Source: Blastocystis sp. Blastoise
Taxonomy: Eukaryota > Protista > Bigyra: Opalinata
NCBI GenBank assembly: GCA_039096225.1
Contig: JBBPEB010000014.1
Coordinates: forward strand, 992,001-1,056,000
Direction of reading: 5' to 3'
DNA: 64,000 bases
Below are positions 1 to 24,576 of this stretch, one piece after another. The notes beneath the pieces were generated by a model. That model did no database searches. It was not told the origin of the DNA and saw only the letters and a program-made list of their open reading frames with translations. Position numbers and translations under genes: made by a program. How positions within the stretch are numbered: the first letter of the stretch is position 1; every line of letters starts with the position of its first letter.

Positions 1-2870
<2,870 letters not shown>

Positions 2871-3201
2871 TTTTATCTTTATTATTATTAGTATATCTTA
2901 TTAACAAATATTAAGCAATAAATAACAATAAAAACAAAAATCAAAATCAAGTACAAAATAATTATTGTTTTTTCTCTGTTTTCTTTTCTTTTCTTTCTTG
3001 TTTCTATCAAAAAAAAGAAATTTTCTTTTGATTGTTTTTTAAATATTTCTTTTAAATTTTGTTTTTTGAATTCTTATTTTGATTTTGATTATTATTATTA
3101 TTTTCTAAAAATTATATTTTATTTTAGAGTATATAATTGATAACAAATATATTATTTTATAATAAAATAAATAAAAGAATAAAAGAATAAAAGAATAAAA
3201 A

Positions 3202-3274
3202 TGCTCAGACCGTGATTCGAACACGGGTTACCACGGCCACAACGTGGAGTACTGACCAACTATACTATCTAAGC
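3202..3274 (-). tRNA. trnH-GUG: tRNA-His (GUG), intronless
   Basis: The reverse complement GCTTAGATAGTATAGTTGGTCAGTACTCCACGTTGTGGCCGTGGTAACCCGTGTTCGAATCACGGTCTGAGCA has a 7-bp acceptor stem, anticodon arm CCACG-TTGTGGC-CGTGG, a GTTCGAATC T-loop and discriminator A. A T-run (Pol III terminator) follows. G-1 is not encoded. Confidence 0.97.
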
Positions 3275-3727
3275 GATTCTATTTATTCTAAAAATCTTCA
3301 TTATTTCATATCATCATCTATTCTATTATTATTACTTTCTCTTTATTATTATTTATTTAATATTCAAATATTTATTTTTATTTATATTCATTCATCTATT
3401 CTCTATTTTTTATTATTTATTCATCTCATTTATCTATATTTTATTCTATTCATATTTTTTTATGTTTTTATTATTATTATTTTATTCTTTTTTTTATAAA
3501 TATATATTATATAATATTTATTCTTTTTTTCTATTCTCAAAAATTATTATTATTCATAATTCTTTTATTTTTAATATCATATATATATATACTTTTTTAT
3601 TCTTATTAAAAACACTAAAACACACATTGATTTCATGTGTTTTCTATCTTTATCTATTTTTTAATTTTATTTTATTTATTTTTTTTATTTAGCTTTATAT
3701 TTATTTTTTTTATTTATATTTTTTACT

Positions 3728-6700
3728 ATGAATATCTATAAAGCTAATATCAACTCTTGGAATATTCAACATTATTCAAACTTATTCGTAATTATTTATT
3801 TTTATTCATTTTTTTATTATCCTATTCTCTTCTCTCTATATCTCATTCAATATCCAGAATCTTATCATCTTCTCTATCATCTCTTTCCTCTATTTCATCA
3901 CTTTATTCAATACTATCACTGGAGGTGACAACGCTGATTTTGTTATTACGTCTGTTAAAGGATCTATTCCACATCCACCAGGTATTATTATATTATTTAT
4001 AAAATAAAAACAAAAATTGTTGACGGAATTTAAACTTATTTAATGATTCTTTGCTTATTTAGGTTACCCACTTATTACGATATTAGGACATGCATTCATT
4101 TATTTATTTCCAAATACAAAAAATCCTGCATATCAATTAAATTTATTAGGCGGTGTATTTGGTTCATTGGTTTCCATATTTATTTTTGCATCGACCTATT
4201 ACCTAACAAATGGATCGCTTCTTTTTTCTTCATTATCATGCTGTAAAAATATTCATAATATATATATATATTTTATTTTATAGTTTTATTTTGTTTCAGT
4301 GATGTTACATGGTTGAATTCTGTTCAATTTGAAGTTTTTGCGCTTAACAATCTACTTCTTTCTATTATTTTTTATCTTTTAATAAAGATTAATTATTCAT
4401 ATTGGAAAGAAAACAAGCGAAGCTGTATCTGTTTAATTATATATATAATTAATAAAAGACTAGGTCTATATTATTCGTATCTTGGATCTTTATTTTGTGG
4501 CTTGGCTTTATGCAATCAACATACATGTGTATTTTATATATTTCCTTGGATATTAAATGTATTATATATTCTTTATTCTCAAAATATATTATTTCACCCT
4601 TTGTCAAAATCATTGAATTCAACTTCGTCATCTATTTCTAAACTAGACACTATATATCCATTATTTATATTGATAAGTCTATTTATATGTGGTCTTTCTC
4701 CGTATATCTATTTATATGTCGGTGCTTTAAATCCTTCTTTAAATTCATGGGGAAATACAGCAACACTTAAAGGTATATATATATTTTTTATTGTAGTTAT
4801 TATAGTTAGTACTTTTATTTATTTTAATTTATATATATTTATCATTGTTATTAAAAATAAAATTATTATTTTATTTTAATATATTAAGATACATTAGTTA
4901 TTTATTTATGTTAAATAATATATAAACTGAATATATGTATTATAATATATCTATATATCTATCTATTAGGATTTCTTATACATGTATTACGTCAAGAATA
5001 TGGTACATTTCAACTCTATTCAGATAAATCTACAGATTTCTCGACAAGAATAAAGAATTTCTTTCATGGCTTATATCTTTTCTTTCATTTTTATGATAAA
5101 GTATATATTAAATCTGTTTTTTAAATATATATTAAATATACTTTAAATCTATATATTAAATAATATATTAAATATGTATATTAGTTATTTATATTTATAT
5201 ATATTAGTCAACTTACTACGTGTGTCTTCCTTTTGCTTTTTATGCGATGTATATATATATAAAACCGAATAGCTTACATCAACGAAAAGAAGAAAAACAA
5301 ATATACAGTTTAAAACCATTATATGTTTGTATTGTTTTTTCTTTTTGGTTTTATATCTGTATTTTCCATTTCTTGGCCAATCTTCCATTAGAATTAAATC
5401 CATTGTATATATATATACATATATATAAATGAATCACAATTTATTTAGGTATTTGGGAGTTCAAAAACGTTTTTGGCTTCAGGGATTATTCTTATTATCT
5501 ATTTTAACTTCTGTAGGTCTATTTCATTTCTGTCAACTTATTCATGCTTTTATTAATAAATATACAAATAAGAGTATTAATAAGAATATAAATCCATCTT
5601 CAATATCCTCCTCAACATCGAATTCTATTACTTCTAAAAGACATTCTTATATTACTAAGGTCACTACATCTATTGGATATATTATTCTTGCTCTTTTTAT
5701 GTTTCTCTATATATTTCCAACTTATAATCATATACATACTATTACACATAATAATTATTATTTAGAATATTATGCAAAGAGTTATATTTCCTCTCTTCCT
5801 AAGAACAGCATCTATATTCTTTGGGGAGATTTACAACAATATAGTATTACTTATTTACATGAATGCTTACATTTCCGTGAAGATATTCTGATTTTATCTC
5901 TTTCTCTTGCCTCTTATGATTGGTTTATTCCTCAACAACAGAGAAATCTTCCGGGAATTGTGTTTCCAGGGATTATGTACCATCCTCTTGGACATAAATA
6001 TAAGAATTGCTATAATTTAAAGTATATACATTTTTATTTACAAAAAAATATATTTTATTTATATTTATATATCTCATATATATAGGGAGTTTATTGATGC
6101 TAATATAGACAATCATGATATATATATAGTAAATTGGTTTGAAGGTAAAGATGAGCCAAAAGAGTTCTATGATCTTCTACCTTTAGGATTAGGTTTTAAA
6201 GTATATATATATACTTCTATGTGTTTATATGTACATATCATTTTATATTTTGTAGCTTTTTTATTATAACACTAAATATAAATTTATATATGTTAATTTA
6301 TATAAACTTAAGTTAACAAAACACTATATTAATGTTATTTATGTATTATATAATATATAGGTCGTTCCTAAGCAGTTTATAGGTAGGAATGAATGGTTAG
6401 ACGAAGCTATTTCTTCGATGCCCTTATTTCAACTGCCTTCGAATCCAGATGATGATTCATTTGATAAATTACTTGTTACTGAAGTGTGGAACGCGAAATA
6501 TGTATATAGTTTTTATTATTCTAGAATTATTTAATATAATAAATTTTTATTCATAAATTATTTAATATAATGAACAATTATTCTAGGTTTATTTAATATA
6601 ATAAATTATTATTCTAGAATTATTTAATATAATTAATTATTATATAGACATTTATCAATTTCTTTTTAAGAAGCCCTAATCGTTATTCTTTGGATGATAT

Positions 6701-7206
6701 ACATAAACGAGTATACTAATATTCATTATATATATATATATATATATATTAATATATATATAGAAATCTTATGAAACAATAGAATTTATGTTAATTGATA
6801 CTATTCAGTATAATGAAACTATTTGGGACCATTATTATGAAGGCTATTTCTTTATTGGCTTTATTCATCAGAGTTTGTCACAAATGATACCAGCTCAATA
6901 TAAACATGATTCCCAATTGACTCAATTTTATTCAAATTATCATATATGTATAATGAGAGACGCATTCTCTATTTATTCTTCTTTTCCTTTATCTGATCCA
7001 AATCAAAAACAACAAGTATTTTTATTACTACTCTCTCATTATATAATAATACTAATTGAATATTAATTATATATATATATAATATTTAGGCAAACAAAGT
7101 ATATGACTATTATACTAAACAATGTAATGAATTTTGGAGAATGTATCCTCAATTACGTTCTAACTTTACTCCTACTTTTATTCCACAATCTATTCCAAAT
7201 ATATAA
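3728..7206 (+). CDS. TMEM260: TMEM260/DUF2723-family GT-C protein O-mannosyltransferase, about 10 exons
   Basis: Spliced motifs TGGDNADF..GSIPHPPG|YPL, WLNSVQFEVFALNNL, GLALCNQHT, GLSPYIYL, SWGN..TL.GFLIHVLRQEYGTFQL, LGVQKRFWLQ and SSLPKNSIYILWGD are diagnostic of the family. The last exon ends ..PQSIPNI-TAA at 7206. Confidence 0.92.
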
Positions 7207-7968
7207 ACAAAAAAAATCAAACAAAATCATTTGTAATATCTTTCTATTCAATATTTTCATAATATTATTATTCTGCATTGACTATTTTTGGAAAAATCTA
7301 CTTTTGATCATTTAGTGTGGTTTCTTAAAGTATATTCTTCATCTTCTTTTATATAATTTAGATGATTTCAACAACTACTCTATTCATAAATAATTCTTAA
7401 ACCTTAAAATGATAAATCACCAAATACTGACTATGCTAATAGGACATTAATAAGTTAATCTAAACTTGAAATCATAATTTTTATGTAAAAAAAATCATTT
7501 CCATAGATGAAATATCTATTCTTGTTTAAATAACTATTCGATTATAGTATACTATTCATTATCTCTTTGAAGCAAACAATTTTATCATGACACTCTTGGA
7601 TACATGATGAACACATTTATAATGACTAACTAAATCATTTGCGATAATATTAGAATAAGTATAAAATGCAACTACAACAAAAATGAAGACAAAAATAAGA
7701 AAACAAAGTTAATGATGACACCGTAATTAATTAAAAGAAAGTGCGTTGTTTTGCATTAATTCTCATTTCGTAAAAACTCTGTTTAAAGAATATAAAATAT
7801 ATGTTATCAAATGAATGAATCATAGTAGAAAATAAAATAACGTTATAAATCTATTTCATGTGGCTAGATCCAGAAATAGCAGACTTTTTTTTTATTCCTC
7901 TAAAACAAGGTCAGTATTGAATAATTGAAACTGGACATATTCATGAAGATTAGTGGTTAAAAAATAAA

Positions 7969-8358
7969 AGCCAATAAAACAGAGATAAAATTTTTATTTT
8001 TTTATGCGTCATTATATGTCTAATGACTAAAAAAATCATGGCAATTAAGCCAATTAGATACTATACTTGGGACAAGTCAAGAAAGAAAGATGACCCCATA
8101 TTCATGTTGAACAAATAGTGCGTCGAAGCATATAATAGGTCAATAAAAAAAACTCGAGAATTTATAGGGTCAAGGACATTATAGACTTATCCGATAATTC
8201 ACGGAACTCAAATGATTCCACAAATGTATATTTTGGGGCCATAAAATTCATCCGCCAAACTGTCGAAGAACATGCAGTATCGTAGACTTTTGAAAAAAGA
8301 TCTTTCTTGACGCAATATGTGTCATTTTATTCCTATTCTAGAATGTTGATAAGCCAAT
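7969..8358 (+). promoter_or_regulatory. Candidate promoter elements of surface protein A: three AGCCAAT boxes and two TGACGCA motifs
   Basis: AGCCAAT occurs at 7969, 8048 and 8352. TGCGTCA at 8005-8011 and TGACGCA at 8308-8314 are the same motif on opposite strands. All lie 200-600 bp upstream of ATG 8567. Motif match only. Confidence 0.4.
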
Positions 8359-8566
8359 CATTTATCACAAGTTTATCTTATTCTTTTTATTGTTTAATTG
8401 TGTTCTTTATTTCCACGAAAAACACAATAAGAATGATTGGTAATAGAACATTTTAGCGGGAGGTGTCCTTCATTTTTGGATCTCGCCTGTTCCTCGGTAA
8501 TCTCTGTTGTTCTTTGCAGAGTGGAATGCAAATCATCTTCAACATATTTTTCTTTTTCTTTTAATC

Positions 8567-15105
<6,539 letters not shown>

Positions 15106-16060
15106 TAAAGTTAAAAACTGATTTGATCTATTATTTATTAAATATTTTTTTGCCTTTTTAAATCTATTTTATTTTTTTGCTTTCCTATTTTGATTTATTT
15201 ATAAAATTATATTGAAATTGTTAGTTTCTTTTTGATTATTTTAACCCCCTAATTCTATTTTGTTTTTTAATTAATATATATTGTTTTGTTATATCAAACT
15301 TTTATCAATAATAATTTATGTGAAATAACTTATATAAAGGAATATTTAATGTTTAATTCCATTTTTATACATAAACATAGAATAGTTTCAAGAAATATCT
15401 TAAGAAAAAGAAACTTTGTATAAATTTGTTTATAATTAATTATATCTTGTAGTATACAGTAAAATATAATCTATAAATTCTGGATGATCTGTATTAAAAA
15501 CATAGTAAAAGAATAAAGCTGTAATTATAGGTATTATTTATAATTCTTAATACTCACATTGATCTGAAGGCATTGTAAATACATTAAATACAGTATCAAT
15601 CGCAATTTAAAGTATATTCATATATTATTAGTTTGAAATTTTCTATTGTTGTCTATTAAATAGATACATATTCTCATTGTTTACAAGTACGATTATTGAT
15701 AAGTTCATTATTATGCTATAATGATACGAAAATAAGTCTTTATCATTTTTTTCAAATGTATCAATATTCTATTTTCAATACCTGACAAATTAAATGATAT
15801 TTTCACGAATATTTAAAAGAAAGTCTCTATTTTTTCATTTTTAAAAAAATGAATACTTGTGTCTTCTGCCCCTCGTCACAAATGAATCTCTCTTCATTGT
15901 TTTGTTGAATAATTCGTAAATTCCAATAAAAAGCATTCATTTTTTAGTATTTTCATTTGGTTTTAAACACATCAACAAGTTTCAGACACATTAAGAAAGT
16001 GTTTACTAGACTTGAGTATTTCTCATTCAATAGAGACTTTTTATTAATATTTATTATGTT

Positions 16061-19000
16061 ATGTTGTTAATAAAGTTTGTCGCACTATTCTTATGTGTGA
16101 TAATGGTGATTAGTATTTCTCATTTAGTGTTGAAAATTTATATTTTCTTGTAGGTGATGATTGTCAAGTTGATAGACTTCCTATTCATATCACAAGAAGA
16201 TATACACAACTTCCACAAGAGGAAAATGTAACATTTTATCAAATCAATGGAAATCAAAGAGAATTGATCTATAAGATGGTTGGGTCAGAAAAGGATATTA
16301 ATAGATATGAAGAATATGACTTATGTAGTAGTTCGCTATTGTATATGATGGTTATTGATGATGTGTATGTCAATAAATTGTTTTCATTAGTTTTTATATG
16401 TTCATTATTGAATATGATTTCTAATGAAATTACTGTATATAGTCATAATCACACATGGGGAATAAAGAACGATATTGGCTGGATTCAAATATCATATAAT
16501 AATATAATATTATTTACCTATCCTTTTTCTCCACATCCCATTCGATCTGTTTTTTCATTTACATATTCGTTTAGCCGTAAGTTATATATATATGTTTATA
16601 TCTTATGATTATGTATATTAAAAATAATAAAGTTGTATATTAAATTATTTATATATGTATTTTTTATTATGTTCATTATTTCATATACTTATTACAAAAT
16701 ATTATATATATATATATAGCTACATATTCTTTAATGTTAAATTCACAAACTTATTTATCACCAAAGACTTCCTTATTATCATTTTGGAATACAGATCAAT
16801 ATACTTATTATCCATGGAAAACAATACATTTTGGTGATTCTATATCGTATGGTAATTCTATTACTCATTATTATTTATGTATACAACACTTACCTATATT
16901 ATGTGAAAATGGTTCCTATATATTACAATTACAAACTAATCAAGGAATTATTCTATATTTTCAAGGAATAGAATATTATCGATATAATATGCCTATGTAT
17001 ATTAATATGAATATATATATATATTAAATATATTTATTAAATATATCTTTTATATTGTTTTCTATTTAAGGCTTATTTATATCTTTTTATCTAGAGGGAT
17101 TATATCAAATAATACGTATGCATTAAATAATATACAATTAACATCAAAACTCATGTATATATGCATAATATGTTTTTATATTATTATATATATTTCTTAA
17201 TAATTCTTCTTATTTATTCTATGAATAACTATATTTCTATATATATATATGTAATATAGTATTCAATTATCTGGTTATCTTTTTTCCTCTTCAAATCGTC
17301 TTCTTCTTGGTATTGAAACACATAAGGCATTATATTCTACTACTAATGATACTACCAACCTATTTATTACTCCATTATTATTTAATGATCCTATTGGTAT
17401 ATATTCTATATATAGTATAGTTATTCTATATATAAATATATATTATAATATTAATCTATGCTGAATCCTGCATATATAGATCATTATGCATCTATATTTA
17501 TGAATGGTACATCTTCATTATATATATTATCTATAAAACAAGAATCTCCAGAAGTTTTATTTGATGGAAATATATATACATCTCTTGTTCTTAATTATTC
17601 AAAAGCTGATATCATCTATTCATTTGGAAATAAGTATATATGTTTATTTATATATATATTTATATATCATTATTATCATTATTATATAGTTGTCATTTAT
17701 TAAATTTATATTCAATTGGTTCTTCATCTTCATTACAATATGGTGATCCTAAATCGTGGTCTTTATATGGATATACAATAAATCATGAATGGGAATTATT
17801 AGATAAAACATCAGATTATATATTTAAACAAAGAAATTATAGAGAAATAAGAGAAGTTAATAATATATTATGTTATACCCAATATAAATTAAGTATTGAA
17901 GATAGTTCAAATGAAGAGAATTTATCATTCTCTTTATTTGAAGGAATGTTTCATTCTACATTAGAGAAATCTATACAATTATATGAACATACCTTATTAA
18001 CAGGGTATATTGGAATCACGTATATATATGAAATACCTTCTTTTGAAAGTTATACGAATTATACTTCATCTTCTTTATTACCTAAAGGTATATATTTAAA
18101 TCCATTATCAGGTATTCTTGAAGGATATCCATTAGATAATGGTATATATATATATACTATTACTGCATACCATAAAATAACAAAGAAAAGTAGATCAACT
18201 ATAATAAAGACACAATTCTCATCATGTGATATTTCTCAACAACTTATAGAAATTAAAATAGAAGAATATAATTATTTTCCATATGATTATATCTCTATTT
18301 ATGCTATTGATGCAACTACTATAGATAATAAAGATAAACTTATTTATTTATCATATCCTTTTATATCAAATATTACTAGAATACAACGTTTCTGTTTATC
18401 TCCTGGTCTTTATAAAGTATATTTAGGTACTAAAAAAACATATTCATGGAAATCTGGTCATTCTATTGAATTTAATAAATGGAATTCTATTTTTGGATTT
18501 ATACATTTATATACGTATATCTATGATATATATAATGATAATAATTCTTTTATTATGAATACAAATGATGCAATTCCTGAACAATCAATCAATTGGCAAT
18601 ATACACAAAAAACACCACCAAATAATTGGATATCCCTCAGTCTACCACGTGATTTTCAACCCTATTTATGGAAAGAAAAACCAGTATCTACTTCATCTCG
18701 TTGGTATTTTAGACATATATTTACAATTCAAAATGAATTATTAGCTACTGGATTTATACTTGATATATATCGATATGGTGATGTTATTATTTATATTAAT
18801 TCGAAAATAATATTTAATACAAAAACCATGATATCTAAAATTCCCACGGATATATCATCTTTTTCAAAAGAGAATATTATGTCAATTATGGGTCCACTAT
18901 CCTATTTGCAAATAGGTGTAAATATAATATGTATTCTCTTTGAAAATCCTTCTTCATTAGAAATTCCTTTTGTTTTTTTTAATGTAAATATGAGATATAT

Positions 19001-21620
19001 ATATGATAATACATCTTCTATTCGTTATTCAAAATTCAAGTATCAAACTATACCTTTATCAGTAGATATAGATAATTTATTTGATAATAATGATGAAACA
19101 GAATGGATATCCGCGTTAGGAGTTGCTAATGATGTTAGTATTATTATTCAATTTCCTTTATATACTTATCAATATATTACACATATATGTCTTACTTCTG
19201 ATAATGGTATTTTATATGGTAATGATCCTACTGAATTCTATGTATATTCTAATAATTATACAGGTATTAATAATTTTATTCAAAGTTTTTCTAATATAAA
19301 ATTTAAGTCTAGAAAAGAAAAACAATGTTTTCATCTTTCTAGTATTCATCCTCCTTCAAATCAATATAGAATTCGTTTTACTAAATATATGAATCCTAAT
19401 AATAATTTTGTTTCTTTAAGTGAATTATCTTTTAATATATTAAGTTCTTCTATAAATATTCTTTCTATACCAAAATTACAATATATGAAAGATTATATTG
19501 AAATATATGATGGATATCCTATTTCTCAATATGGACCAACACAAAATATATATACTAATTATACTATTTCTCCTCTTCTTCCTCAAGGTTTATCTATAGA
19601 TATGAACACTGGATATCTTTCAGGCATAATAGATAATAGTAATAAGTCACAATATATAGAAGAAACGTATTTTATATCAGCTTATGATATTCGTAGGAAT
19701 ATTCAAAATATAAGTATACAATTCCTCTATTTACATTGTGATAATCAGTATTCTGTTATTTCACTTTATCTTTCTTCTTCTTTTTCTTCTTCTTCTTCTT
19801 CTTCTTTTTCATCATCATCATCATCAGTAATTCAAAATGTTGGCTATTCTATATATAATCAAAAAGGAAATTTATTGGAATATAATGCGGGATTCTTTCC
19901 TCTTTCTTCTATTACTATATACTTTTGTATCACTCTTTCTTATATAGAAATTGCTTTCTCAACATTATTTAATAATAATATAAATCCTTCTACATTTTAT
20001 ATTTATAGAAATAATATGCAATTAGCACAAATCAATACATCTATAGAACAATGTATATATACATATACTATACCTCTTCAATATTTAATACATCCTTATT
20101 TTACATCATGGTCCTATACAAATGACACCAACTTACTATCTTCTGATTGGATAAACACAGATTTTAATTATTCTGATTGGCCATTAATGTCTCTAGTTCA
20201 TAACTCTTTTTTCCCATCTACTACAACTACATATTTTCGTACTTCATTTTTTATCAATAAGAATGATCCTCTAGGATTAATTCTTATACGTATATACAGT
20301 TCTCAAGGATTTATCCTTTATCTAAATGAACAAGAAATTTATAGATTTAATATGCCTATTGGTAATATAAATTCTTCAACATCTTCTCTTATTTCTTATG
20401 AATCAAATCAAAACATTATTCTTACATATTTATCTAGAAACATGCTATTTCATTCAGGTATGAATAGTCTATGTTTTGAATATCATTTATATAATATCGA
20501 TAAACCTGCTCCTCTATTAACAATGACTGTTGAAAATCATTTGTTTATATATAATACTATTTATGATACTATTTTTATATCATATCCTATTATGACAGAA
20601 ACACAAGATTTTTTAATTGATAATAAAAAAGAGACTATTTTTTATATTCAGAAATGTAGTGAAACTTCTCTTTATTTTATTAGTAAAAATAATGAATATT
20701 CATATATAAATTGCTATACATTTACTTCTGGTAATCGATGCAATACACGTCATCCAAGTGATTGGATTTTGGAAGCTTCTTTAGAAAATGAAACATGGAC
20801 TCAATTAGACAAACAAATAGAAATAGTCTTTGAATATTATCATCAAGATCTATCATTTTGTTTTTATAATGATCAATCTTATAAATATTATCGTTTCTCT
20901 ATTAAACAATGTAATAATAATCCTATTGAAAGTATATATACAGAGAATGAACTAGATTGTGACAATAAAGATGGATCAACTGGCTTTCAATTATCTCGAC
21001 TTTCATTATATTCACAGAAAATGGTGTCTTTTTGTGTTCCTCAAGATGATTTCCCTGGTGCTTTAAATAATACCATAGTTATTAAGAATTGTGATTCTTA
21101 TTATACAGGAATTATTACTGGTATATGTATAAATGAAAATATTATAATACAAAAAAGTAATTGTACATTATTACCATTAACTTCTATTACTTATCCTTCA
21201 TCAATACTCTCTATAGAATCTTTTACATCTATATCTATATTTCCTATTATAGAAGGAGCAGAATATATATGTTCTATTATACCTTCTCTTCCTTCACAAT
21301 TATCTATAAATTCTAGAACAGGAGAAATCTTTGGCTATTTTATGATTATTTCTTCCGATATTCAATATCAAGTTACTTGTAGGAATAATGCTGGATATAT
21401 ATCTACATATATAACACTTAATTATCAATGTTCTTTAGTCATTATCTTCTTATGTATTTCATTTTTAATCCTTATTACACTTTCTATTTATATATATTAT
21501 GTTATTAAACATCATACAAATAAAATGAATAATGCTAAGAAAAATCCAGATATATTTGCTTTATTACGTTCATCTTCATCTATATCTAAGAATAAGCTAT
21601 ACTTAGAAACATTTATATAA
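16061..21620 (+). CDS. Diverged tandem paralog of surface protein A (surface protein B), type-I membrane protein
   Basis: Signal peptide MLLIKFVALFLCVIMVI|S. Modules occur in the same order as in protein A (GDPKSWSLYG; LPKGIYLNPLSGILEGYP; WYFRHIF; NRCNTRHPSDWILEAS versus A's NDCNIRHPSGWRIEGS; IEGAEYICSIIPSLPSQLSINSRTGEI). C-terminal TM LVIIFLCISFLILITLSIYIYYVI. The final exon is about 3.9 kb. Confidence 0.85.
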
Positions 21621-22121
21621 TATATATGACATTATTTATAACTTAATTTTTTTTTAATTTATTTATTGTACTCTGGTTCATTTTATTTTTTCTTTTTTTT
21701 CATATTTCTATAATTTTCTTTTTTTTTAGTGTTATTATTATTTAACTGTTTTTAATTAATATTAATTCATGAATGTTTTCATACATATAAAAGCTTTTAA
21801 TAATTAATTAATATGTTTCTTTTTATATATAGAATATAGTATATTGTAGTTTCATATTTTTATTTGTACTTAATATATTATACTTTAAAATAAATATTGT
21901 TGTTTTAATTTATTTGATATAAGTTCATTTTATTTTTAAGGTCAGTTTAGTCCCTTTTGTTTTTTTTTTTGGAAATTTTTTATTTTAAATATTATTTGTT
22001 TTAATTGTTTTGTGAAAATAATATATATAAATATATTAAAACTAAATTACTATTTATATAAACTTATAAAAATTAACATAGCATAGTATAAAATAATCTA
22101 AGAAAAACATAATAGATTCGT

Positions 22122-23761
22122 TTATTTCTTCTGAGGAGTATAAATACTATCTTGAACAAGTCGAATACACATTTCTTTTCTGGAATCATCAGTAGGCAAG
22201 TTAATCATCTATAAAATATATTCACAAAGAAATATATATATATATATAAACATAAATATAAATATAAATAATAATAAAAATAATAATAAAAATAAAAATA
22301 TATACTTCATCTAGAGCTTTAGGATAAGTATCCTTAATTAATTCTTCAATAGTTTTCTTCATACTCTCTGAATTATTCGATACTTCAATAGATGTAGAGA
22401 TTGTTGATAATTTTAATAAAGAAGGATAATCTTCTATATATACTTTACCCCATATTTCTTGAAGTGATTCTTTACATGTAGCAGTTCTTTGAATCATTCT
22501 ATATATAGGGAAATCAAGATGATAGTCTCTTTCTGATTGAAGAGAAATGAGAATGTCAACAGCCTATGGAAAAAGAGTTTATTCTTATATAATTATTATT
22601 ATAGACTAATATTATTATATTCTTTATCAGAACAATAAACATGATTAGTATAATAAATATATGTATTTTTATCATTAATGTAAACAACTATCTTTATATA
22701 TACTTGATGAATATTAACTTTTGATTGAATATTTACCCATATTGAGAAAGTTTTTGCTTCATAACCATAAGAATCACCTACCCAACGATGACTTTCTCCA
22801 AATTCATCAGGAACACCAAACATATCATAAGGAATAATATTTCCATTTATAGTGACACTAGCAGCAGGATATTGATTGAATAAACGGAATCTATAAGCAC
22901 GTGATTCAAGAGCACCTTCATAACCGTCACCTTCAACAGGATTAATAGTGATTCTAATATGAGTACTATCAATTTGTTCATAATCTACATTAGTCTTATA
23001 ATATTTTCCTTTATATATATCCATATTCTTTCCTTGATCATCTATATACCAAGTATGATGAATCTGATTATCCTCAATAGGATAAACATTAAATAACATC
23101 ATTTCAGGAGAACGAGAAGCAGCTCCTTCAAGTTGTTCATTATTGAGTTCCATCATGGGAATAATACTACCTGCTTTTGCGAATACAGGAACTTCCGATA
23201 AAGTGAAATTCATTGTATATTCAATACCACCTATATATTATATATATATATATATATATTTGTTATATCCATTATATATATACCATAATTCTTAAGACCC
23301 GTTGAGAAATCAAAGTATTCACCTTCAGGTAAATATATACTATATATTATTGTAGATATATATATATATATATATTAATTATGAATAGAAACATTAATAC
23401 TATATATATATATATAATACTCTCTAGAAGTAAGAGTAGTTTGAGGATCATTGGATTTATCGAGAACAGGAGCTACAACAATATCTTTACCAAACATATA
23501 TATAGTCAAATATTTATAAGACATTTCATTAGTAGGTTCTTCATAATATAATCCATGAACATAAGATAAACCTATAAATATATATATATAATTATTTGTT
23601 TCAAAAAGTGTACTTTAATTGGAGTATTTAATATGAAAGATATAAATAATATATGTTTTTATATATACCTGTTTCATGAGCTTCAATAGCACTTTTATAT
23701 AAATATGGAACCATACGTTCACCTATATATATATATATATTATTATTATGATTCTTACTTT

Positions 23762-23820
<59 letters not shown>

Positions 23821-24535
23821 GTAGTCTATAGATTCTCTTGAGAATAGTCATAATAGGGAAACGATAAGCAAATGGAGCGTGTTGAGGACCATTCTTTGTG
23901 CCATGAGTTCTGAATGAATGACTCCAGAGACCTAATTGTAACCAACGTGTATTTAATTCTTCATCTGTATTCTATATATAATAATAATAATAATAATAAT
24001 ATATATATAATAATTAAACATATAATAATTCAATATAGATATATATACTCCAGAGAACCCTCCTAAATCATTAGCCCATTGCCAAGCGACATTAGCTGCC
24101 ATTGTGCTGAATTCTGGCTGAAATTTCAGTGTTGCCCAAGAAGTGTGAGTATCTCCAGAGAAGCCGATAGGATAACGATGTGTGCCGAGACCTCCAAAAC
24201 GACCCATTATAAAGGGACGATCTCCATTAGACCAACGAGTTCTATATATATATGTAGTATATCTTTAGTATCAAGTATAAAATAGTTCAAATATTCATAT
24301 ATTGAGAAATAATAGAATATAATAATAATATTTATGATATAAATATATATATATATATATATACTTTGTAGTAAACCATGTATAATCTGTCCAAAATGTA
24401 GGATTGACGTTTTGATATGTAGTTGTATGTTCTTGTTGATAATCTATCCACCAAAATTCCATCTATATATATATTTAAGTGATATAAATAACAAATGACT
24501 AAAGATATTGAATAAAATATAAAGAATTATGATTA

Positions 24536-24576
<41 letters not shown>

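Noticed and set aside
3212-3499. ORF overlapping the GC-rich patch at 3202-3274
   Set aside because: The patch is the antisense strand of tRNA-His, and the rest is AT-rich intergenic sequence.
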